In this document: positions 25,026 through 33,243 of the stretch, in pieces
Position numbering within the stretch: position 1 is the first letter of the stretch
How the letters are laid out: each line of letters opens with the position of its first letter
Assembly (NCBI GenBank): GCA_910578655.1
Contig: CAJTQE010000003.1
Coordinates: 1 to 44,456, forward strand
Direction of reading: 5' to 3'
DNA length: 44,456 bases
Source of the DNA: an uncultured Christensenella sp.
GTDB taxonomy: Bacteria; Bacillota; Clostridia; Christensenellales; Borkfalkiaceae
The notes under the pieces: model-generated
The model's database searches: none
What the model was told of the DNA's origin: nothing
The model's input: the letters and a program-made list of their open reading frames with translations, nothing else
Program-made: the position numbers and the translations under genes

Positions 25026-26098
25026 TCAAAATATCCTTTGGCTGTCAACAGCTCTGCAAGCAGTACCGCACCGCCTGCCGCGCCGCGCAGGGTATTGTGC
25101 GACAGCCCTATAAATTTATAATCGAAAACGCTGTCCTCTCTCAGTCTGCCGACGGAAACGGTCATACCGTTTTCAAGGTCTCTGTCAAGTTTGGGCTGAG
25201 GCCGGTCGTTCTCTTCGAAGTAACGGATAAACTGTTTCGGCGCGGACGGCAGGTTCAGCTTTTGCGGCTCGCCGCAAAAATTTTCCCACGCGTCTTTAAT
25301 CTGCCGTTCGGTCGGTTTGTTTTCAAAAGATACGAAACACGCCGCCGTATGCCCGTCGGAAACGGGGACCCTCAGGCACTGCGCCGTAATCTGCGGACTC
25401 TCTGCGTTTACTATTTTTCCGTTTTCAACCGCGCCCCAGACTTTAAGCGGTTCAAGCTCGCTTTTTTCCTCTTCGCCGTTTATAAACGGAATTATATTGT
25501 CTATAATTTCAGGCATAGTTTCAAAGGTTTTGCCCGCGCCCGATATTGCCTGATAGGTAGTCACGGCAACGCTCTTTATGCCGAACTTACGCAAAGGGTG
25601 CAAGAGGGGGACGTAAGACTGAATAGAGCAGTTGCTTTTAACTGCGATAAATCCGCGCTTTGTGCCCAGCCTTTTTCTCTGCGCGTCGATTACGCAGAGG
25701 TGTTCCGGGTTGATTTCCGGTATTATCATAGGTACGTCGTCGGTAGTGCGGTGCGCCGAATTGTTTGAAACGACGGGACACTCGCATTTGGCGTAAGCTT
25801 CTTCCAAAGCTTTAATTTCGTCCTTTTTCATATTGACGGCGCAAAAGCAGAAGTCTACAGAACGTGCAATATTTTGCATATCGGCGACTGCGTCAAGCAC
25901 GGGCATATCGGCAAACTGCTTCGGTATGGGGGTTGAAAAATTCCATTTTTTTACCGCGTCGCGGTATCTTTTTCCTGCCGACGAAGCGGAGGCGGCAAGG
26001 CAGGTTACACTGAACAACGGATGGTTTTCAAGCAGAGTCAAAAATCTCTGTCCTACGGTGCCGGTCGCGCCTAAAATTGCTACTTTTAACTTTTTCAT
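25022..26098 (-). CDS. asd: Aspartate-semialdehyde dehydrogenase
   Basis: 358 aa. N-terminal KVAILGATGTVGQRF, active-site SNCS, C-terminal HNTLRGAAGGAV. Confidence 0.9.
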   Translation of the reverse strand: MKKLKVAILGATGTVGQRFLTLLENHPLFSVTCLAASASSAGKRYRDAVKKWNFSTPIPKQFADMPVLDAVADMQNIARSVDFCFCAVNMKKDEIKALEEAYAKCECPVVSNNSAHRTTDDVPMIIPEINPEHLCVIDAQRKRLGTKRGFIAVKSNCSIQSYVPLLHPLRKFGIKSVAVTTYQAISGAGKTFETMPEIIDNIIPFINGEEEKSELEPLKVWGAVENGKIVNAESPQITAQCLRVPVSDGHTAACFVSFENKPTERQIKDAWENFCGEPQKLNLPSAPKQFIRYFEENDRPQPKLDRDLENGMTVSVGRLREDSVFDYKFIGLSHNTLRGAAGGAVLLAELLTAKGYFE

Positions 26099-26151
26099 AA
26101 AAATATTTTATCATAGCAGCGCTTTTCAAGTAAAGCATTTTTTAGAAATTC

Positions 26152-26180
26152 TTGACTTATCGGCTTTTTGGGTTTATAAT
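26152..26180 (+). promoter_or_regulatory. Near-consensus sigma-A promoter TTGACT-17-TATAAT upstream of lgt
   Basis: TTGACT at 26152..26157, a 17-nt spacer, TATAAT at 26175..26180. Confidence 0.6.
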
Positions 26181-26215
26181 ACGTATATAAATTTGCTTTT
26201 AAGGAGGTGTCTGAA

Positions 26216-27160
26216 TTGCATCCCGAACCTATATTTCGTATTTTCGGACAGGGGGTATACCTTTACGGCATTTGTTTTGCTTTGGGCGTAATCGCCTGCT
26301 TCGGATTTCTTATGTTTACGATGTGGTACAAAAAGTTCAGTGAAACTTCGTCAAACGCCATTATATTTATAGGAATAATCGCAACGGCTTTCGGCGCGCT
26401 TTCGGGAATGATTTTTCAGGGCATCTACGACGTTATCGAAGGTAAAGAGTTCAGCTTAAACGGAATGACGTTTATCGGCGGACTTATCGGCGGTGTGGTA
26501 AGCTTTTTGGCTATCTGGAATTTATACGTCTTTGTTATCCGTCCGCATACAAAAATCAAAGCGCTTAAAGGCGAAATGAACGCGGGACTTTGCGACGCGC
26601 TTCCGTTTATACCCATAGGTATTGCAATTGCGCACGCATTCGGCAGATTCGGCTGTTTCTGGGGCGGCTGCTGTTACGGTATCGAAGTTGAGTGGGGTCT
26701 GCCCTGTGCGGCGAATTCTACAAAAAACGTTATGCCTACCCAGCTTTTCGAAATGTCGTTTTTAATTATACTTGCCGTGGTAATGGCGGTAATGTATTTT
26801 AAATTCAAGCTGAATTATAACTTTGCGGTGTATTCGATAGGTTACGGAATTTTCCGTTTTATTATAGAATATTACCGTGCCGACGACAGGGGCGAGTTGA
26901 TAGGACAAATTTCACCTTCTCAGTTTTGGGGTATAGTAATGGTGATTTTGGGTATAGTCTATATCGTTGTGCAATATTTCTATTTGGCAAAGCTTATGAA
27001 ACACCCCGAAAATTCGGTTGAAGTTGAAATTATCGAAGCGGACGGAGAAATCGTTGCGGCGGCGTGTCAAGCGGTTGAAGCTTTGTTAAAAACCGAAGAA
27101 AGCGGTGCGGTTACGCCGGTTGAAAAAACGAATAAGAAAAGCAGGAAAGGCAAAGAGTAA
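26216..27160 (+). CDS. lgt: Prolipoprotein diacylglyceryl transferase with hydrophilic C-terminal extension
   Basis: ORF 26207..27160. TTG 26216 is preferred because AAGGAGG (26201..26207) overlaps the GTG at 26207. Polytopic membrane protein with the GRFGCFWGGCCYG motif seen in Lgt family members. About 50 extra acidic/basic C-terminal residues. Confidence 0.75.
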   Translation: MHPEPIFRIFGQGVYLYGICFALGVIACFGFLMFTMWYKKFSETSSNAIIFIGIIATAFGALSGMIFQGIYDVIEGKEFSLNGMTFIGGLIGGVVSFLAIWNLYVFVIRPHTKIKALKGEMNAGLCDALPFIPIGIAIAHAFGRFGCFWGGCCYGIEVEWGLPCAANSTKNVMPTQLFEMSFLIILAVVMAVMYFKFKLNYNFAVYSIGYGIFRFIIEYYRADDRGELIGQISPSQFWGIVMVILGIVYIVVQYFYLAKLMKHPENSVEVEIIEADGEIVAAACQAVEALLKTEESGAVTPVEKTNKKSRKGKE

Positions 27161-27165
27161 AAGTT

Positions 27166-27188
27166 AAAAGCCCCGTTTCGGGGCTTTT
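27166..27188 (+). terminator. Intrinsic terminator after lgt
   Basis: Stem AAAAGCCCCG / CGGGGCTTTT with a short loop, ending in a T-run. Confidence 0.85.
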
Positions 27189-27276
27189 AGTTATGCGTTT
27201 TCGGTATAATTTATTAAACAAAATATTATTTTACATTATGTGCAATTAATGATAAAATTCAGCTAAGGAGGAAAAT

Positions 27277-27807
27277 ATGAACATTTGGCACGAGATAGAC
27301 CCGAAAAGAATATCAGAAAACAATTTCGAGTCTTTGATAGAAATACCTAAGGGCTGTAAAGCTAAATACGAGCTTGACAAAGAGACGGGGCTTTTGAAAC
27401 TTGACAGGGTGCTGTATACGTCTACCGTATACCCTGCAAACTACGGTTTTATTCCGCGTACGCTTGCCGACGACGGCGACCCGTTGGACGTACTCGTTCT
27501 CTGCAACGAAATCATTTATCCGATGACGCTTGTTGAGTGTATGCCGATAGGCGTAATAAAAATGGTTGACGGGGGCGAATTAGACGAAAAGATTATCGCC
27601 GTACCCGTAAACGACCCCAACTATAAACATTTTTATGACATAAAGGAACTTCCGCAACATATTTTTGACGAAATGATGCACTTCTTCGAGGTATATAAAA
27701 ACCTTGAACACAAAACTACTGCGGTAAAGGAAATTTGCCATAAGTACGAAGCAATAGAAATTATAAGAAAGTGTATACAAAATTATAAAGATAAATACTG
27801 TAAATAA
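27277..27807 (+). CDS. ppa: Inorganic pyrophosphatase (family I)
   Basis: 176 aa, RBS AAGGAGG. Motifs KYELDKETG and YPANYGFIPRTLADDGDPLDVLV. Confidence 0.9.
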   Translation: MNIWHEIDPKRISENNFESLIEIPKGCKAKYELDKETGLLKLDRVLYTSTVYPANYGFIPRTLADDGDPLDVLVLCNEIIYPMTLVECMPIGVIKMVDGGELDEKIIAVPVNDPNYKHFYDIKELPQHIFDEMMHFFEVYKNLEHKTTAVKEICHKYEAIEIIRKCIQNYKDKYCK

Positions 27808-27844
27808 CGACTCCGCCCCGTTAACGGTGTTTTTCATAGAGATT

Positions 27845-27879
27845 AAAGCAAGGACGATAAAAACAGTTCTTGCTTTTTT
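27845..27879 (+). terminator. Terminator-like hairpin after ppa
   Basis: AAAGCAAGGAC ... GTTCTTGCTTT stem with one G-U pair and a 10-nt loop, followed by TTT. Confidence 0.55.
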
Positions 27880-27970
27880 ATTACGGTTATGCTATATTGA
27901 AACTACTTTAATCGGTAATCCGGCGTTTTGACGCCGCAATTATTATACCGACACTTTCAGAGGTCGTAAA

Positions 27971-28639
27971 ATGGCGCAAACAATAAAAAGTTTAAGCGGA
28001 ATGATGCAAGAAATTCAAGTCGAAGGCTTTCAGCTTAAAAAATTGAAAAGAGGACTCTATGCCGGATACAATTTAGCTTATGGCGTTGTAGACGATAAAA
28101 TCGAAACAGGATTTAAAATTCTTTACCAAAAGGAAAATGACCATAATGCAAAAAATTCGATTGAACAAACTATAAAAGATAATATCGAATATGTCAGAAC
28201 AATTAACTTAAACTATTCCCCGAAAGGCAGTTCGCTTATAAAATTAATAGATTTGGAAGGCATAGTTTATTTGGTCGGGTATGAGGTAAACCGCATATCG
28301 ATTGAATTTGAAGTCGATCAATGCAGTTTCGATCACGATGGTATTTTTTACACCCGCGCGGAAGTGAACAAGATGATTAAAAAAGCAATAAAATTATATG
28401 TAAAGAAAGTAAAAATTATTTTGAGAAATAAGCATTTCAAGCTTGAAAGTTATAAACTGCAAGACAAATTTGAACTGATTGATGTCAGTAAAGTTATATG
28501 TGTCCACTATGTAACATTATCGGGAAAAGCGTATGGCAAAGACTGCAATTTTACTATAAGGGACTTTGAAACCGAAAATATCAGAAAACGATTAAAAATC
28601 GAACTTAATAAAATGAAAAAGGAGAAGTTTTCAAAATAA
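27971..28639 (+). CDS. Hypothetical protein (AT-rich orphan)
   Basis: 222 aa. RBS-like AGAGG 7 nt upstream. No signal peptide, TM segment or recognisable motif. Lys-rich C-terminus. Bracketed by terminators. Confidence 0.6.
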   Translation: MAQTIKSLSGMMQEIQVEGFQLKKLKRGLYAGYNLAYGVVDDKIETGFKILYQKENDHNAKNSIEQTIKDNIEYVRTINLNYSPKGSSLIKLIDLEGIVYLVGYEVNRISIEFEVDQCSFDHDGIFYTRAEVNKMIKKAIKLYVKKVKIILRNKHFKLESYKLQDKFELIDVSKVICVHYVTLSGKAYGKDCNFTIRDFETENIRKRLKIELNKMKKEKFSK

Positions 28640-28696
28640 AAGGCTGCCTTTATGTCATTGTACAATAAATTTCTTACCGTTCCGCATAAAAAAAGT

Positions 28697-28735
28697 ATAG
28701 CGCACTAATCTTCGCAAACGAAGATAGTGCGCTAT
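28697..28735. terminator. Bidirectional terminator between the orphan gene and the LysR gene
   Basis: 17-bp stem ATAGCGCACTAATCTTCG / CGAAGATAGTGCGCTAT with a single bulged A and loop CAAA. A-run upstream, T-rich downstream. Confidence 0.75.
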
Positions 28736-28772
28736 TTCTTTGTCCGCAAGAAAATCTCTTTAAAAGATATTC

Positions 28773-29672
28773 TTACGGGGCGGTTTTTTCCTTGAGTGCC
28801 TGTATCGTCTTTATAAGCAGCCGTGAAGCGTTGGTGTGGGGGTGATGAGGGTCGGTTATCATACATATATGCCGTTCGGGCGGCGGTGTTTCAAGATTTA
28901 TGCGGAAAACTTCGCCGCGCGCGATTGCGTCCTCCGCCATAGGACGGGGAACGAACCCCAACCCGAAATTATGGCTTATCATAGGCACTATCAAATCTGC
29001 GCCGTCAGCCTCTATGTCCGGTGTTACGGACAAACCGTGCTCGGTAAAAATATCGTCAAGGAATTGCCGCAGCTGCATACTGTGCCGCAGACTGACAAAG
29101 GGATAGTCCTTTAAATCGGAAAGTTTAAAGAGCTTGTCTTTGAGATTTTCAAAATTTTTACCGGCAATCAAAATGTCGTCGAAAGCTTTGATTTTAAGCG
29201 TGTTAAGAGTTTTTGACGGATTGCACGGCGTTGAAACGAACGCCAAATCCACGATGCCATTTTTGAGTTTTTCAATCGTTCCGTTGCTTGAACCGGAGTT
29301 GATTTTAAATTTGATGTTGGGGTGCACGGAATGAAATTTGTCAAGAAAATCAAATAAAAATCCATGGAGGGCGGTTACTGTTGCGCCGATATAAATCGTC
29401 CCTGTTTCCGTGCTTATTGATTTGCTTACTTCGTCCTCGCCTTTCAAAAGCTGGCTGTGGGCAATGTTGACGTAATTAAAAAGCGTTTGCCCCTCGTGCG
29501 TGAACTCAACTCCGCTTTTCGTTCTGACGAACAGCCTGCAACCGAGTTCGGTTTCCAGATTCTGTATCGCCCGCGTTACGGCAGGCTGGCTTGAATAAAG
29601 CTCTACCGCCGCGCGGGTTATATTTTTATGCTTTCCGACATAATAAAATATTTTGTAGTATTCGTAGTTCAT
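28773..29672 (-). CDS. LysR family transcriptional regulator
   Basis: 299 aa. N-terminal HTH FYYVGKHKNITRAAVELYSSQPAVTRAIQNLETELGCRLF plus a substrate-binding domain. Divergent from the malic enzyme gene. Confidence 0.9.
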   Translation of the reverse strand: MNYEYYKIFYYVGKHKNITRAAVELYSSQPAVTRAIQNLETELGCRLFVRTKSGVEFTHEGQTLFNYVNIAHSQLLKGEDEVSKSISTETGTIYIGATVTALHGFLFDFLDKFHSVHPNIKFKINSGSSNGTIEKLKNGIVDLAFVSTPCNPSKTLNTLKIKAFDDILIAGKNFENLKDKLFKLSDLKDYPFVSLRHSMQLRQFLDDIFTEHGLSVTPDIEADGADLIVPMISHNFGLGFVPRPMAEDAIARGEVFRINLETPPPERHICMITDPHHPHTNASRLLIKTIQALKEKTAP

Positions 29673-29823
29673 ATGCGTTGCCCCGTCTGTATTATGTGTT
29701 TTTGTTATGATAAATATATGATATTATTATTTTACATTATATCAGCAATGGTTTATAATGTAAATAAAAAATGAAAGAAATTATAAAAAAAAGAAAAATT
29801 TTCACTTTTTTTTGGGAGGGACC

Positions 29824-31002
29824 ATGAATTATAGAGAAGCTTCGCTTAAAAAGCACACAGAGTGGAAAGGTAAGATAGAAACGGTTGCAAGAGTACCCGT
29901 AGACAGCAGAGAGGCGCTGTCGCTTGCATATACGCCCGGCGTTGCCGAACCGTGTATGGCGATTCACGCCGACATAGAAAAATCGTTCGAGCTGACGAGG
30001 CGGTGGAACACCGTTCCCGTAATAACGGACGGCACGGCTGTTCTCGGGCTGGGCGACATAGGCCCCGAGGCCGGTATGCCCGTAATGGAGGGCAAGTGCG
30101 CTCTGTTCAAGGCGTTCGGCGGAGTGGACGCATACCCGATATGTTTAAGGACTAAGGATACCGAGGAGATTATAAACACTATTAAGATAATGGCCGGCTC
30201 GTTCGGCGGAATAAACTTAGAAGATATTTCCGCGCCGCGCTGCTTTGAAATCGAAACGCGGCTTAAACGCGAGCTTGACATACCCGTATTCCACGACGAC
30301 CAGCACGGAACGGCTATCGTTTCCGCAGCCGCGCTTATAAACGCCGTAAAGCTTGCGGGCAAAAAGCTTGAAAGCATAAAGGTAGTAATCAACGGCGCGG
30401 GCGCGGCAGGCATTGCGATAGGCAAATTTTTATTAAAGCTCGGCGTGAAGGACGTAACTTTATGCGATTTGAAGGGCATCGTCTGCGACGGCAACGAATG
30501 GCTTAATCCCGCGCAAAGCGAAGTGGCAAAGATAACCAACCTTTCGAAAAAGCAAGGCAAGCTTGCCGACGCAATGAAAGGCGCGGACGTGTTTATCGGC
30601 GTTTCGGGTCCGCACTGCGTAACCAAAGAAATGGTTGCGTCGATGGCGGAAAAATCAATTCTGTTCCCCTGCGCAAATCCGGTTCCCGAAATAGAGCCTG
30701 AGGAAGCAAAGGCGGCAGGGGCGTATATCGTAGGCACGGGCTCGTCAGAGCATCCCAACCAGATAAACAACGTGCTGGTATTCCCCGGTCTTTTCCGCGG
30801 CGCGCTTGACGTGAGGGCAACCACCGTTAACGACGATATGATGATAGCTGCGGCAAGGGGCATTGCAAGCTGCGTTTCGGAAAAAGAGCTTGCGCCCGAT
30901 TACATTCTGCCTTACGCTTACGACCAAAAGGCTCACGTTTGCGTTGCAAAGGCTGTTGCGGAAGCGGCGGTAAAAACGGGCGTTTCGAAACTGCATAAAT
31001 AA
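29824..31002 (+). CDS. NAD(P)-dependent malic enzyme (short form)
   Basis: ORF 29812..31002. Start moved to ATG 29824, with GGGAGGG 4 nt upstream. Motifs LAYTPGVA, VITDGTAVLGLGDIG, FGGINLEDI, FHDDQHGTA, NGAGAAG. Confidence 0.9.
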   Translation: MNYREASLKKHTEWKGKIETVARVPVDSREALSLAYTPGVAEPCMAIHADIEKSFELTRRWNTVPVITDGTAVLGLGDIGPEAGMPVMEGKCALFKAFGGVDAYPICLRTKDTEEIINTIKIMAGSFGGINLEDISAPRCFEIETRLKRELDIPVFHDDQHGTAIVSAAALINAVKLAGKKLESIKVVINGAGAAGIAIGKFLLKLGVKDVTLCDLKGIVCDGNEWLNPAQSEVAKITNLSKKQGKLADAMKGADVFIGVSGPHCVTKEMVASMAEKSILFPCANPVPEIEPEEAKAAGAYIVGTGSSEHPNQINNVLVFPGLFRGALDVRATTVNDDMMIAAARGIASCVSEKELAPDYILPYAYDQKAHVCVAKAVAEAAVKTGVSKLHK

Positions 31003-31041
31003 CACGGCAAAAATTTTATCATATACCCCCTATGATAAAGA

Positions 31042-31065
31042 GGTAATGCGCTGACGCGCATTACC
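31042..31065 (+). other. Perfect 10-bp stem-loop immediately upstream of the RBS of the next gene
   Basis: GGTAATGCGC tgac GCGCATTACC. There is no T-run after it, and GAAGGA plus ATG 31076 follow directly. A second inverted repeat, TTATCATA / TATGATAA, lies just upstream (about 31015..31038). Confidence 0.5.
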
Positions 31066-31075
31066 CGAAGGAATA

Positions 31076-31882
31076 ATGATGAAAAGAAAATCTGCAATAG
31101 CAATGCTGCTTTCGCTGTTGATAGCTATGCTTTCGGTTACGTTTCTGTTTTCTGCCTGCGGCAAGGATGAAGTCAACGGGAAAACTGCGAAAGTATTGTT
31201 TATCGGCAACAGTTTCACTTTTTACAGCGATATTCCGGATTTGTTTGAAAAGATAGCGTCAGGCGCGGACAAAAATGTGTTGGCGGACAGCGTAACGCAA
31301 AGCGGTTGTACGCTTGAAAAGTTTGCCGACTCCGACAGCGAACAGGGCAGAAGAGTCGACGCAAAACTGAAAGCAAACAACGACTATGACGCAATTGTTT
31401 TACAGGAACACAGTACGCGCCCGATAAGCGACTACGACGCATTTTTAGCAGGCGCGAAAGGGTTGCAGAAAAAAATAAACGAAACGCAGAAGCACTGCCG
31501 GATATATCTGTATGCGACTTGGGGCTATAAAAGCGGCGCGGACGCGAGAGGAATAACCGTACGGGAAATGGAGGCGCGGCTGCGCTCTGCGTACGCCAAG
31601 GCGGCAAAGGAAATGGGCGTAAAGGTGTGCAACGTCGGTGCGGCGTTTACCAACGTTTCGGAAAATCATCCGCAACTTAACCTGTATTTTGCGGCAGACA
31701 ATAAGCATCCGTCCTATACAGGCGCGTATTTATCGGCTTGCGTACACGCGGCAACCATTTTAAATATCGACCCCCGTACTTCGTCCTTCAACGGCGTGCC
31801 CGCGGATGATAAAGACAGAGTATTCGCAACCGAATACGCAAGAATTTTAAAAGAAGAAGCTTTTGCCGTAGCTAACGGCTGA
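31076..31882 (+). CDS. Lipoprotein, SGNH/GDSL-like hydrolase (DUF4886-like)
   Basis: Signal peptide with lipobox LFSAC. KVLFIGNSFTFY (block I Ser), LQEHS, and DNKHPSYTGAYLSA (DxxH block). Confidence 0.6.
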   Translation: MMKRKSAIAMLLSLLIAMLSVTFLFSACGKDEVNGKTAKVLFIGNSFTFYSDIPDLFEKIASGADKNVLADSVTQSGCTLEKFADSDSEQGRRVDAKLKANNDYDAIVLQEHSTRPISDYDAFLAGAKGLQKKINETQKHCRIYLYATWGYKSGADARGITVREMEARLRSAYAKAAKEMGVKVCNVGAAFTNVSENHPQLNLYFAADNKHPSYTGAYLSACVHAATILNIDPRTSSFNGVPADDKDRVFATEYARILKEEAFAVANG

Positions 31883-31905
31883 TATAAAAAAATTCGGAGG
31901 AAATT

Positions 31906-33231
31906 ATGAAAAAACACTTAATGGCGGCGTTGCTTGCAATTGCAATGTGTTTGGTGGCTTTTTCCGGCTGTTCGCTTGTCAGCGGTCTTGAACGCGACGT
32001 TCAGGTTGTTTTAAAAGTAAACGGTGAATATAAAGGCACTTACACTGTAAATGCATTCAACAATGCGGTGGTTCCCGTGCCTGACGCGCCCGAAGGGCTT
32101 ATATTCTACGGCTGGACCGCCGAAGAGAATTGGGAAGAGCAGGGCGCACAAAACGTACGGGTTACTGCAAATAAGGGACTTATTCGTTACAACGACGTGA
32201 AAGATTGGATAAAGAACGACGAACTCAGCGTGACTTTATATCCCGTATTCGGCGAACCGCCCTATCACGACGTTGCGATAGCCTGGTACAACAAGGAAAA
32301 AACTTCGGGACTAAATCAGTCGATAATAGACGGATTTACAACCGAGCTTTACGGGTTCTTAAAGACAAGCGGTAAAAACCCCGAAGAGATGGACATAGTT
32401 ATCCGCTCCTACGAGGGCAACGTAGGGCCTACCTGCGAAGCGATAAAAAACGACGCCGATATCGACATAATGCTCGGCTGGAAGGACGCCGAAAATCTTA
32501 CGGGTACGGGCGGAATGAAACCCGGCAAGGACTTTGTTGAAAACAACTTCAATATTTTCGTCAACCCCGACTTTAAGGATCCGCGCGGTGTAGCAAAGCT
32601 TGTTGCCGGAGAGGAAATCGTAGATTTGGTATATGACTGGATTCTCGATACGTATGCAGGCGAGGGCGGAGCCACGCTCGACTATCAGTGGGACGGCAAG
32701 CCCGTCGACCCCGAAGAGCCCGACGAACCCGAAGTTCCCGATAAGCCTCAAAGCGGTATAAAGTACACGGTAGGTGCAGACGACGACTTGACGTTTAAAG
32801 TTGCCTGCTACGGCGTATTTGATACTTCGGGCTTTACCGACGAAATCAAGGCAAATTTCGAAGCGGGTTTAAAGGCGGCTTTGAAAGAGTGCGGTGCGTC
32901 GGACGAACAGCTTGCGCAGGTTGAAGTCGAGTTCTATTGTTATAAGCCTTCGGGTTCGGGCAGTGCGGATGACAATACGAACATTGCGGGGCTTGGAGAT
33001 GCAATTGAAGCCGACGGCGGAGCGGACATTCTTTTAGGGGCGAGGGGGGTTGGAAAATCACCTTATCTTAAAGAGTGGAGTAAAACCGGATTAACTTCAA
33101 AAGAAATGACTATCGGTTCAATCAATGACAGATACGTTATTACGTCTAACAAGAAAGGGCTTACTGTTGCAATTTACGACTGGATACTTTCGGCTGAGGG
33201 GCTGGCGCTGCTGGCTACGCCCACGGTGTAA
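31906..33231 (+). CDS. Lipoprotein with N-terminal Listeria-Bacteroides-type repeat and two tandem copies of an unknown module
   Basis: Lipobox AFSGC. VNGEYKGTYTV...PDAPEGLIFYGWT resembles the Flg_new/InlB B-repeat. Two internal modules share TSG(L/F), D(I/A)DI(M/L)LG and YDWIL motifs, joined by a Pro/Glu linker. Confidence 0.55.
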   Translation: MKKHLMAALLAIAMCLVAFSGCSLVSGLERDVQVVLKVNGEYKGTYTVNAFNNAVVPVPDAPEGLIFYGWTAEENWEEQGAQNVRVTANKGLIRYNDVKDWIKNDELSVTLYPVFGEPPYHDVAIAWYNKEKTSGLNQSIIDGFTTELYGFLKTSGKNPEEMDIVIRSYEGNVGPTCEAIKNDADIDIMLGWKDAENLTGTGGMKPGKDFVENNFNIFVNPDFKDPRGVAKLVAGEEIVDLVYDWILDTYAGEGGATLDYQWDGKPVDPEEPDEPEVPDKPQSGIKYTVGADDDLTFKVACYGVFDTSGFTDEIKANFEAGLKAALKECGASDEQLAQVEVEFYCYKPSGSGSADDNTNIAGLGDAIEADGGADILLGARGVGKSPYLKEWSKTGLTSKEMTIGSINDRYVITSNKKGLTVAIYDWILSAEGLALLATPTV

Positions 33232-33243
33232 GGAGGAAAGAAT

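Noticed and set aside
23566-25768. Plus-strand ORFs overlapping dapB/dapA/asd (23869..24642, 257 aa; 24381..25121, 246 aa; 25097..25768, 223 aa)
   Set aside because: The opposite strand encodes three textbook enzymes with signature motifs. The plus-strand ORFs are compositional artefacts.
26099-26206. Possible lysine (L-box) riboswitch or T-box leader upstream of asd-dapA-dapB
   Set aside because: The interval between asd and lgt is only about 108 nt and is largely occupied by the lgt promoter. That is too short for an L-box (about 180 nt), and no conserved L-box helices were recognised.
29964-30863. 299-aa minus-strand ORF inside the malic enzyme gene. Similar cases: 42710..43408 in mazG, 6024..6614 in malQ, 3239..3718 in dapF, 33988..35103 in the hydrolase gene
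   Set aside because: All are antisense to confidently identified genes, with Ser/Pro/Ala/Arg-rich translations and no start context.
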